Positions 9,902 through 18,210 of a stretch of 64,000 nt of DNA are shown piece after piece. Origin of the DNA: Candidatus Bathyarchaeia archaeon (GTDB taxonomy: Archaea; Thermoproteota; Bathyarchaeia; Bathyarchaeales; Bathycorpusculaceae); assembly GCA_050012255.1 (NCBI GenBank), contig JBEKHN010000011.1:9047-73046 (forward strand), written 5' to 3'. The notes under the pieces were generated by a model that was not told the origin of the DNA, searched no databases, and worked only from the letters and a program-made list of their open reading frames with translations. A program made the position numbers and the translations under genes. How positions within the stretch are numbered: the first letter of the stretch is position 1; each line of letters opens with the position of its first letter.

Positions 9902-9952
9902 GCGGGAGACGTCGCCACTGGCCATAGGATTCGAATCCTACAGCCCGCACCA
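9902..9952 (+). other. tRNA-like remnant (acceptor ends + T-arm + CCA, Leu-like)
   Basis: GCGGG...TAGGA-TTCGAA-TCCTA..CCCGC-ACCA; no D or anticodon arm. Confidence 0.5.
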
Positions 9953-9966
9953 CCTATGGAAAAAAT

Positions 9967-10177
9967 TAGCGCGCATGCTTGTTCCTAAATTCAGTTCAAG
10001 AGGCTGGCGTGGCGTTTTCCGATGAGGGATGGTTACTGTCACGGTTCGAGCTGGGTGCTCTCTCGCTCTCACGCCCTCCCCCCCCCGGGTATCCTATATG
10101 ATCCAAATATGATTGAAGAGCAAAACGGACAGCACTAGCTGCTTTCCAAAAGAATTTAGGAACACGCTAGCGCGCTA
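9967..10177. mobile_element. 211-bp non-coding element bounded by 26-bp imperfect inverted repeats (MITE-like or recombination-site pair)
   Basis: 9967-9992 TAGCGCGCATGCTTGTTCCTAAATTC vs 10152-10177 GAATTTAGGAACACGCTAGCGCGCTA, 23/26 complementary. Confidence 0.6.
10006..10177 (+). repeat. dispersed ~170-bp repeat, copy 1
   Basis: aligns with 57023-57189 (GTTTTCCGATG..GGATGGTTACTGTCACGGTTCG..GGGTATCCTATATGA..GAATTTAGGAACACGCTAGCGCG). Confidence 0.9.
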
Positions 10178-10437
10178 CCAAAATTAACCTTACCCCTGAA
10201 ACAAGGCTATTTCAATTTTTAGTATGCGGATAGCGTGCGCACAGCTGTCTGGCAAGCATCCTGTCACTCGCACGCGCTAAGCTAGATCATGAAAAAAGCA
10301 GTTATCCCAAGTATCGTGGAAAGATCAGGAAGATTGAAAGTGGAATGTTTTCTTGAGATGGAGGATCTTGTGGTTGCCTTTGATGGCTAATAAAGCTGGG
10401 AAGGAAAGTTATTTAGTTTGAGACAACTCACGATTCT

Positions 10438-11439
10438 ATGATTGAAATGCGTTGGAAATCTCTCACGATAATCGGCATCATACTTCTGGTATTTGGAATG
10501 TTTTTCCTGGTTTACGGGACTGAACTTCCTGTCTACTATAAAGGTGGAGGAGCAGGAATATCTGAGACTGGCAGAGTCGTGGGAGGATTAGCGCCGGATC
10601 ATTGCGAAATTAGTTTTTTTACATTGCCAGACACAATTCATATCCGTGTAAGGTCAATAGAACCAGTAATCGTAAGCATTGATGCGCCGAACGGTACCAC
10701 CTTAGCGCAATGGCAAAACGAAACTGTAAATGAGGATTATCCCGTGTCAGAATGTGGCTCCTGGCAAGTCAACGTCTCACAGCCTTCGGGATACTTCGTC
10801 TATGGTGAAGTTCTGGCAACCGCCCCACCGTATGCACATCCAGCGCTGATGTATGCCTTGATTCCCCTGTTATTAGGTTCTCTCAGCACTGTTTACTCAA
10901 TGAGCAAGAGGAGACAGGCAAGGTATTTTGAAAGCGTTCTGTTTCAGCAAAACATTGGCGGAAGATGGGTCTTCTTGCAGTGGGCCTTCATTCTGGCATT
11001 AATTTCTCAAGCGCCAGTGCTTATTCCGAGCTATCCATGGCTTTACCTTGTCTTGCTTTTCATAACCGTGTTTGGCGTGTTTTCATCGATTGCACTTGCA
11101 TACGTAAAGATTTACCTGTCAACCGGGGGCTTGCTCATCGAGGCTCCTTTCCTCAACTTTTCCAGACTATACAAAATCAACAAGATCTATGGCTATACCG
11201 TCACGAAGGAAGAGAAACAGCGATGGTTCTTTCTTAAGCCTCTACCATCATTTCGAGCTAAGAAGGAAGATCAAGTGACCATTTTCATGGTTGACCATCT
11301 GCCAACATGGTTCTGGATCCTATCCCTTGGAAAGAGACTCCTTGCAGACAGAATAATCCTGAGACCCAAATCCACACAGAACTTCGCAACCGTAGCAGAA
11401 AAACTAAACATAGTCGAGAAGGAAATCGCAACGATCTGA
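10438..11439 (+). CDS. hypothetical membrane protein (N-terminal TM, extracellular beta domain, 3 TM, PH-like cytoplasmic tail)
   Basis: 333-aa ORF, hydrophobic segments, more AT-rich than the neighbours. Confidence 0.75.
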   Translation: MIEMRWKSLTIIGIILLVFGMFFLVYGTELPVYYKGGGAGISETGRVVGGLAPDHCEISFFTLPDTIHIRVRSIEPVIVSIDAPNGTTLAQWQNETVNEDYPVSECGSWQVNVSQPSGYFVYGEVLATAPPYAHPALMYALIPLLLGSLSTVYSMSKRRQARYFESVLFQQNIGGRWVFLQWAFILALISQAPVLIPSYPWLYLVLLFITVFGVFSSIALAYVKIYLSTGGLLIEAPFLNFSRLYKINKIYGYTVTKEEKQRWFFLKPLPSFRAKKEDQVTIFMVDHLPTWFWILSLGKRLLADRIILRPKSTQNFATVAEKLNIVEKEIATI

Positions 11440-11515
11440 AGTGCCACTAAGTTTTTTCTTTTCTTGTTTGGGTGGGTTTGGGTTTTGGGGGCTAACTTTA
11501 CCCCAACCAACCACC

Positions 11516-11541
11516 AAGTGCGCATGTGTGTTCCTAAATTG
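11516..11541 (-). repeat. 26-bp site copy
   Basis: AAGTGCGCATGTGTGTTCCTAAATTG matches 9967-9992. Confidence 0.7.
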
Positions 11542-11881
11542 GTCAAAAATCGGTTGTTATTCTTCTTGGGACTTGGGGACTGTTTTGGACTTCCTGCACG
11601 TCACTGTCTTCTTTGAAGTCATCAGAATTGTGCATAGGGCCCGTTTTAATAGAACTGCATTAGGGCCCGTTTGGAAACGGCAAAGCACTCGATGTCCAAT
11701 AACGCGCGCGCTAAGAAAACGCGGGGTAGGGGATGGTCAGAGGACGATGAATCAAGCTTGTCTGGCCGCTTGGTCGTTATGCTGGTGTATGGTGCTGGTT
11801 CCTCGTTCTTTAGCGGAACCCGTGTTTGGATTCAAAAACTTTTTTAGGTGTGTGAGGCATCATTCCTGTAGGTGCTGCTTG

Positions 11882-12127
11882 ATGGGTGAAACAGTCACTC
11901 TGTCTGCCGTGGTGTGGAAGGAGGGAAAACTGCACGTTGCCTGGTGTCCCGAACTGGACATAGCAAGCCAGGGAAGAGACATAGAGCATGCCCTGAGCAA
12001 CTTGCATGAAGCTGTTGAGCTTTATCTTGAGGATGAAGATGCCACTGTCCCAAAAGGAAGATCGGCCATCGTCACAACTCTGAGCGTTGAAACCCATGCC
12101 AAGGCTGCCTCTGGTCTCAGGCCGTGA
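11882..12127 (+). CDS. hicB: HicB-family antitoxin (short, no DNA-binding domain)
   Basis: VAWCPELDIASQGRDIEHALSNLHEAVELYL; start ATG 11882. Confidence 0.85.
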   Translation: MGETVTLSAVVWKEGKLHVAWCPELDIASQGRDIEHALSNLHEAVELYLEDEDATVPKGRSAIVTTLSVETHAKAASGLRP

Positions 12128-12329
12128 AGTAGTCAAGGCTTTAGGCAAAGCCGGCTTCGAGGTAGTAGGGAGAAAGGGAAGCCACATCAGGCTGAAAAGG
12201 AAGGCCCCTGATAAAATCTACATCGTTATCGTGCCCCTCCACTCAGAGATAAAAAGAGGTACGCTCAAATCGATCTTGCGACAGGCTGGATTGACAATGG
12301 AAGAACTCCTGAAACTGCTGAAAAAATAG
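12096..12329 (+). CDS. hicA: HicA-family mRNA interferase toxin
   Basis: SGREVVKAL.KAGF...KGSH...VPLH.EIKRGTLKSILRQAGL. Confidence 0.9.
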   Translation: MPRLPLVSGREVVKALGKAGFEVVGRKGSHIRLKRKAPDKIYIVIVPLHSEIKRGTLKSILRQAGLTMEELLKLLKK

Positions 12330-12523
12330 ATCAGTAAGGGCCTAGAGAGCTGACGAGAATAGTCATGTTCAGCAACGCGCGCTAGTTTATGTCCTTGGAG
12401 CAAGGGGTGAGGTTTGCGCATGGCAAGAACCTCGATCTATTGTTCAAATTGCCTTCTTCAATCGTTTATGGAGGCGATAGTGGCGGCCATGTCTGACCAC
12501 TTTCATAGTACCACATGAATGTC

Positions 12524-13351
12524 TCAGGGGTACGACCAGCGCTCAAAGTTCCATTTATAAATGCCGCCGTTTTCCAGTAGCCAAGCGTCGCAGCCTACTG
12601 GACCGCTCACCCACTTTTTCTCTTTGCCGTTCCAGTAGTACCATATCCATGTGTAGCCCCAGGCGTAAGATGGGTCAATATGCGTTGATTTGTTGTTGAT
12701 AGAATCAACTAGCACATGGCCTGGTTCAGTGAGGGCGTAGTAGCTGTATTTGATGACGGCTATCTCTTGTGTTAATTTGAAAAGGGTATAACCTGCGGGC
12801 ACTTTGGTTTCATTGTGCCATTCCACGGTTTCGTTTCCATAATTGATTTCAACGTTTACGGACAGTGTCGTAGCTTCGCTGATTGACAGTGCTAGCTCCC
12901 TGAGTGCAGAAAGGCTAAACAAGTCATGGTACTCGCTAAGCAGATTACCAAAATCTGTTCTTGTTATGTTACCTTTCTGCTGAAGTGTTTCGTAGTCGCT
13001 TAGGAGTTGATCGTACGTTTTGTTCATGTCCTCCTGTTCGAAGAGGTTGGTGTAGTTTTTGCCCAAGCTTGTGATTGCACTTCCTAAAGGTGGCATTAAA
13101 GTCACGTAATTGCTGCTCGTGAAGTATGAGTAGTTGCCATATAACGAGGCGTATTCAGTCAACAGCAAATCATACTTTTCGGTTGCATTGCCGTAGCTTG
13201 ATGCGACTTTGTTTAGCGAGTTTTGAGCGCTGTTTAGTTGCTCAGTGTTGTTTCCATTCTGGAGGAAGTAGTACCCAGCAAACGATGAGGCCAGGGCTGC
13301 CCACACGATTGAGGCAAGCATCAAGAATACAAACGTTCTTTTTTCGACCAA
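12524..13351 (-). CDS. membrane-anchored coiled-coil protein with C-terminal DUF4430-like (putative cobalamin-binding) domain
   Basis: N-terminal TM, helical stalk, tail VDSIN...WIWYYW...VGCDAWLLENG; overlaps the ECF S-component gene. Confidence 0.65.
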   Translation of the reverse strand: MVEKRTFVFLMLASIVWAALASSFAGYYFLQNGNNTEQLNSAQNSLNKVASSYGNATEKYDLLLTEYASLYGNYSYFTSSNYVTLMPPLGSAITSLGKNYTNLFEQEDMNKTYDQLLSDYETLQQKGNITRTDFGNLLSEYHDLFSLSALRELALSISEATTLSVNVEINYGNETVEWHNETKVPAGYTLFKLTQEIAVIKYSYYALTEPGHVLVDSINNKSTHIDPSYAWGYTWIWYYWNGKEKKWVSGPVGCDAWLLENGGIYKWNFERWSYP

Positions 13352-13893
13352 GGAGATTCGCCAACCTTTAAACTGTTTAACGCATTGGTGATTGGAAGAA
13401 ACAGAACTCCAAAAACCACGCTGTTAGATACTATGTGTATTAACGAATAGAAGGAGCCATAAGCTACGGCAGTAAACAAAGCCAAAGATGAGTCCTCGCC
13501 CGTTAGAATGAGCTGAACGCCAAATCCCAAGTTAGTAATCAAGTCATAAATTAGAGCAATAAAAGCGCCTAAAACAGCCGTTTCTAAAAAGAAATCTCTG
13601 GAAAGATTAATGTCGCGCGTGAATCTTCTATACACGCCCCCCAGACCCCCCGCGATCATCATGCCTACTATCTGAAAAGGGATGTTTAAGCCGCCAAATC
13701 CCCATGGAGACGAAAACCCGTTTATGAGCATCACAAAGCTACCGAAAAACGCGCCAACGAGGGCTCCTTCCATCAAGCCGAAAACAAAAGAGAAGAAAGA
13801 TGTAAACTCTACATTTGGCGGCCTAGGAGTAATCTGAAGAGCTATACATAGCCCGGTCAGAATTGTTAGGAGAGCAAGTTTCCGCGTATTCAT
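13321..13893 (-). CDS. ECF transporter S-component (CbrT-like)
   Basis: TRKLALLTIL, PPNVEFTS, multi-TM, YDLITN, HIVSN. Confidence 0.75.
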   Translation of the reverse strand: MNTRKLALLTILTGLCIALQITPRPPNVEFTSFFSFVFGLMEGALVGAFFGSFVMLINGFSSPWGFGGLNIPFQIVGMMIAGGLGGVYRRFTRDINLSRDFFLETAVLGAFIALIYDLITNLGFGVQLILTGEDSSLALFTAVAYGSFYSLIHIVSNSVVFGVLFLPITNALNSLKVGESPWSKKERLYS

Positions 13894-13985
13894 TTAGGCT
13901 CAGCCGCTGGTTAGATAATCCAGCCAACCTATATAAAAATTCCTATAAACAACTAGCAACAGCTTATACGCGAGGAAAAACGCGG

Positions 13986-14666
13986 TTGACGACTCTTGAA
14001 ACTGTTGCCAGAGTGGCAGCTAAAATCGCGCCTGGACGGCTGCCCTCGTTCGCTGAGGCTCATGTCGTAGAGGCTTTGGAGGACATTAGCGGTCTAGGAG
14101 CTGTGGGCAGGCTGAGACTTTCAAGGGATCTCGACTTAGGGGAAGGTGAAACTAGGACTCTCGTCAGGCATCTCAAGAACGAGGGGCTGATTGAAGTTTC
14201 AAGATCAGGGATCTCGCTGTCTGACGCTGGAAGGAAGCTGCTTTCTGGCCTGAGAGCGGTCTTGAGCGAACAAGTAGCGATTCCGTCTACGCCCTTGACA
14301 GTCGGACGCTTCAACATTGCAGTTCGAGTGGCAGGAATGAAAAACTCCGTAAAGTACGGCCTGGAACAGAGAGACGCTGCCATAAAAGCAGGCGCAAAGG
14401 GAGCTACGACTTTAATCTTCACCAAGAACGGGTTAGTCATGCCTGGCACTGGAGAAGACATGTCAAAAAGTAGTTCCTCCATCATTGCCGCGTTGTCAAA
14501 ACTGAGCTTGAACGCGGGCGATGTCATAATAATCGGAAGCGCAGATGAAAAGATTAAGGCAGAACTTGGAGCGAAGACGGCCGCACTTGACCTCCTCAAA
14601 TCAAAGACCAGAATGCTTAACAGAGATTCCGGCAACGTGACTCTCAAAATGCGAAACGCGCAATGA
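13986..14666 (+). CDS. winged-helix + DUF4443-type protein (start probably TTG 13986)
   Basis: VGRLRLSRDLDLGEGETRTL HTH; GLEQRDAAIKAGAKGATT. Confidence 0.75.
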   Translation: MTTLETVARVAAKIAPGRLPSFAEAHVVEALEDISGLGAVGRLRLSRDLDLGEGETRTLVRHLKNEGLIEVSRSGISLSDAGRKLLSGLRAVLSEQVAIPSTPLTVGRFNIAVRVAGMKNSVKYGLEQRDAAIKAGAKGATTLIFTKNGLVMPGTGEDMSKSSSSIIAALSKLSLNAGDVIIIGSADEKIKAELGAKTAALDLLKSKTRMLNRDSGNVTLKMRNAQ

Positions 14667-14699
14667 GCACTCAATGGCTCGCGAGATTGTCGGCATGGC

Positions 14700-16229
14700 C
14701 TAGAAGATCAGTTCTCTGCTCAGCCAGTCTGGATACCACTTGTATTTTTCTAGAGGCCCAGCCTTGCGCAATCCATCATAAGTCGCCTTCGCAAGTGAAA
14801 TTGTCTTTCGCGAGTCGCGGTAAACTTTTGCCAAACCCTTAGCCTCAAGTCCCTTCAGAATTTCGTCGAATTTCTCGTCGCTTGTCTCTGTGAGTCTCTC
14901 TTTCAGGTCTTCTCGCGACATGTAGAGGCCTGGGTTCACCGTGTAATCTTCAGCCAAAACTTTCATGATGCCGTCTTCGCTTGGTTCCATCTTGGGTAAG
15001 GGTTCAATTGTGGATATCGGAACTCCGAGTTTTCGGTGAATACGTCTGTGCGGCATCCTGAGGTCTTTGCCCATTGCTTTCAATCCGCCTCGGAAGATCA
15101 CGAGCCTCATGATCTCGTTGGTTCCAGCGCCGATCTGGTTCACTTTGGCGTCTCGAAGATAACTCTCAACGGGGTAGAAGCGCGTCCAGCCGTCGCCTCC
15201 CATTACCTGAACAGCGTCGCTGATGAGCTTCTCAAACGTGTCTGAAGTGAACATTTTAGCGGTTGCAGCTTCTACCATTGCCTCCTTGTGCTGGTCCAGA
15301 AGGTAAGCGGCGTGATAGACGAGCAACCGCGAAGTGTACAGTCCAGAGAGCATCTCGGCAACCTTGGACTGGTTTGATGGGATATCTATGGTTGGTTTGT
15401 CGAACTGCATCCGTCTCTGCGTGTAAGCAACTGCATGGCGTATCGACTCTCTCATGGGACCAAGCATGCCAGCTGAAAAAACGACTCGTTCAAAGTTTAG
15501 GCCCGCCATCATCACTTTCCACCCTGCTCCTTCGGGTCCTAAGCAGTTTCCAGCCGGAACCCCGACGTTGTTGAAGTCCAAGAACCCGTTCGGAAGGCCA
15601 AACCATCCTGATAGTTCATTGATTTTCTCAACGGAGAAACCGGGCGTTTTCTTTTCCACAAGAAAGGCCGTGAGATGTTGGTACTTTGCCTTGTCTTCAG
15701 GTTTTTCGCTGGTCTTCGCGTAGACAACGTAGACATCAGCCAGTCCCGCGTTTGTTATGAAACGTTTTTTCCCGTTTAGAACGTAGCCGTTTCCCTCACG
15801 CTTAGCAGTTGTCTCTATCCCTGCAGCATCGGAGCCGACGAAAGGCTCCGTGATGCAGACAGCGCCGATGACCTCGCCCCTGGATATTCTTGGAAGCCAC
15901 TTGCGTTTTTGCTCTTCAGTTCCAAAGGTCAAGAGTTGTTCGACGCCGCCGAACATGGATACGGCGTACGCCTCTGATAGGGCTGAGCAGACTCTGCTGA
16001 GCTCCTCAGTTACGATGCTTACGCCTGTGACTCCTGTGCCCGTGCCACCATACTCAGTCGGGATGACGACTCCAAACCATCCTTTCCGAGCAACTTCCCT
16101 CAACAGTTCATGCGGGAACTCTTTCGTCCAGAAAACCTCTTCACCCTTTGGGAGACTCTGGTCAGCGAAGGCTTTAGCTTCCTCCATCAGGATTCGTTGC
16201 TTGTCACTCCACCATGAAAAGGTTTCCAT
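14700..16229 (-). CDS. acyl-CoA dehydrogenase with C-terminal extension
   Basis: ITEPFVGSDA, LNGKKRFITN, QVMGGDG, IGAGTNEIMR, plus about 120 extra C-terminal residues. Confidence 0.9.
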   Translation of the reverse strand: METFSWWSDKQRILMEEAKAFADQSLPKGEEVFWTKEFPHELLREVARKGWFGVVIPTEYGGTGTGVTGVSIVTEELSRVCSALSEAYAVSMFGGVEQLLTFGTEEQKRKWLPRISRGEVIGAVCITEPFVGSDAAGIETTAKREGNGYVLNGKKRFITNAGLADVYVVYAKTSEKPEDKAKYQHLTAFLVEKKTPGFSVEKINELSGWFGLPNGFLDFNNVGVPAGNCLGPEGAGWKVMMAGLNFERVVFSAGMLGPMRESIRHAVAYTQRRMQFDKPTIDIPSNQSKVAEMLSGLYTSRLLVYHAAYLLDQHKEAMVEAATAKMFTSDTFEKLISDAVQVMGGDGWTRFYPVESYLRDAKVNQIGAGTNEIMRLVIFRGGLKAMGKDLRMPHRRIHRKLGVPISTIEPLPKMEPSEDGIMKVLAEDYTVNPGLYMSREDLKERLTETSDEKFDEILKGLEAKGLAKVYRDSRKTISLAKATYDGLRKAGPLEKYKWYPDWLSRELIF

Positions 16230-16344
16230 GTTTCATGCACCGAGAGTACTATTGGCTAGGAGTCCATTCGAATTTTAAACTTTCGCCTAACATTGGAAAC
16301 GAAGAGGCAGGCAAATGAGATTCTGGCTGATTGCTTCAAGGATC

Positions 16345-16710
16345 TTATCTGCTTATAGCGCCGCCGATTAGCCCCCCAATGGCAGATATTACCCCGCCTA
16401 CGATGCTGGCCAGTATTGCCACAATTCCGACGAGCGAGCCTATTACTACACCTAACAGTCCTCCCAAGATGCCGCCTGCTGCTCCTCCGATTGCTCCTGC
16501 AGTGATTATTGCAAGTATGCCGAGGATCAATCCGCCGAAGATTCCAGCGATGAAGCCTGCTAATAATCCTCTGCCTGCTCCTCCTGCTATAATACCTGCG
16601 ACAAGTCCACCGATTATGTGACCAGCGAGGGAACCAATCCCGGGGGCCACCGATCCGAGGAAGACAGTGACTAGAAAACCGACGAAGGCTCCGAGCAACA
16701 GGTGGCCCAT
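16345..16710 (-). CDS. small glycine-rich membrane protein (DUF5518-like)
   Basis: GxxxG-rich TM helices from MGHLLLGAF at 16710. Confidence 0.7.
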   Translation of the reverse strand: MGHLLLGAFVGFLVTVFLGSVAPGIGSLAGHIIGGLVAGIIAGGAGRGLLAGFIAGIFGGLILGILAIITAGAIGGAAGGILGGLLGVVIGSLVGIVAILASIVGGVISAIGGLIGGAISR

Positions 16711-16869
16711 GATAGCACCGATTCTTCTGTACTTAGGCTGAGTATATAAAAGATCTGTCGCTACTCTGCCGATAGAATGCGAAGGGTTGGGCTTTTGAAC
16801 CCAGCTAGCCATGTTAAATCTTATATGAGCGGCTGCAAGAATAGGAGGTGAGTCCAGGTTCAACCTTGT

Positions 16870-18210
16870 TTGGATTGTGCGCGAATGAGAAAGACAATAT
16901 TCAAGAAGCTTGAGGCTCAGGGCTTAATCACAAACTATAACCATCTGAGAAAGAATCTACCGCCAAAACTTCCTGAGGACGTCTTGATATGGGATGAGAC
17001 GTTGAGGGAGGGTGTTCAGGCCTTGGCGGTCTTTTTGACCTATGTTGAGAAAGTGAAGTTGGCCAAGATGATGGATGAGGTGGGCGTGCCCATGATCTCA
17101 GTGGGTTTTCCAGGGCTCTCTGAAGAAGAGAAGAGTGCGGTGAAAAAAATCGCGAACGAAGGTTTTCAGCAGGCAACTCTTGTTGCTTCGGCGCGGATCA
17201 TTAGGAGCGACATAGACGCGTGTCTTGAGTGCGGGATAAGAGAGCTGTCCTTGTTCACACCGTTTAACGGGCTGCACCTTAAGTACAGACTGAAGGAGAC
17301 CAAAGAGCAGGTCTTGAAGAAAACGGTTGAATGCGTCGATTACGCTAAGAAGCACGGCGCAAAGGTGGATTTTGTCCTCGAGGATGCTTCGCGAACGCCC
17401 TTGCAGGACATTCTGCAGATCTTTCAAGCAGCCGCAAGAGCTGGTGCGGACCGGCTGGTGATCGCCGACACTGTTGGTTTCCTTAGACCCTTGTCTATGC
17501 ATTACCTAGTATCACACGTTAGGGATGGTCTGTCAGAGCTTATCAAGAAGCAGGTTCCGCTCTCCATCCACTGCAACAACGATTTTGGCCTCGCAACTGC
17601 AAACACGCTGGCAGCCGTGGAAGAGGGCATTGCCTGTGTACACACCTGTGTTGCAGGGTTTGGCGAAAGAGCTGGCTGTGCACCCTTAGAGGAAGTCTGT
17701 ACAGCCTTGGAGCTACTCTATGACATTGACACCAAGGTGGATCTGGGAAAGCTGAACAGGCTTTCACAGTTGGTAGAGAAAAGTTTTGCCTTGCCCATTC
17801 AATTTCACAAGCCGATAATTGGGGAAAACGCTTTCTCCTACGAGATGAACGAAAACCTCGGGGCGATGCTTGCGAACCCAATAATCTACGAGCCTTTTCC
17901 GCCTGAGATAGTTGGAAGGGAAAGCACGTTCCACTTGGGCAGACAGACTGGAAAGAGTGTTGTTGAAGAACGGCTGAGGATGGCAGAGATCAATGCTACG
18001 CCCGTGCAGATACAGGAAATCGTTAGAAGAATAAGAACAAGCCAAGAGTCTTTGGACAAGGGCGAAGCGCAGATGACTTTTTACCAAGTCAAGAAGCTGA
18101 TGAAGGAACTCAGAAAAGGTCTGACTGAAGAAGAGTTTTGGCGAGTAGTTGAGCAGGTCACGAAGCAAAAACCCAAGCTGGTCCAACCGTTAGCAACTGC
18201 GCCTACTTAG
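16870..18210 (+). CDS. homocitrate/isopropylmalate synthase-like (DRE-TIM) protein with degenerate active site
   Basis: DETLREG, EDASR, IADTVG, HCNNDFGLATAN, GFGERAG, YEPFPPEIVGR. Confidence 0.8.
   Translation: MDCARMRKTIFKKLEAQGLITNYNHLRKNLPPKLPEDVLIWDETLREGVQALAVFLTYVEKVKLAKMMDEVGVPMISVGFPGLSEEEKSAVKKIANEGFQQATLVASARIIRSDIDACLECGIRELSLFTPFNGLHLKYRLKETKEQVLKKTVECVDYAKKHGAKVDFVLEDASRTPLQDILQIFQAAARAGADRLVIADTVGFLRPLSMHYLVSHVRDGLSELIKKQVPLSIHCNNDFGLATANTLAAVEEGIACVHTCVAGFGERAGCAPLEEVCTALELLYDIDTKVDLGKLNRLSQLVEKSFALPIQFHKPIIGENAFSYEMNENLGAMLANPIIYEPFPPEIVGRESTFHLGRQTGKSVVEERLRMAEINATPVQIQEIVRRIRTSQESLDKGEAQMTFYQVKKLMKELRKGLTEEEFWRVVEQVTKQKPKLVQPLATAPT

Noticed and set aside
9707-9988. 93-aa ORF as an integrase fragment
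   Set aside because: No recognisable recombinase motifs; it runs through the tRNA-like remnant and a repeat site and is probably spurious.
11441-11881. N-terminal 147 aa of the 228-aa ORF
   Set aside because: Non-protein-like and crosses the terminator, G4 and repeat region; the HicB homology begins at ATG 11882.
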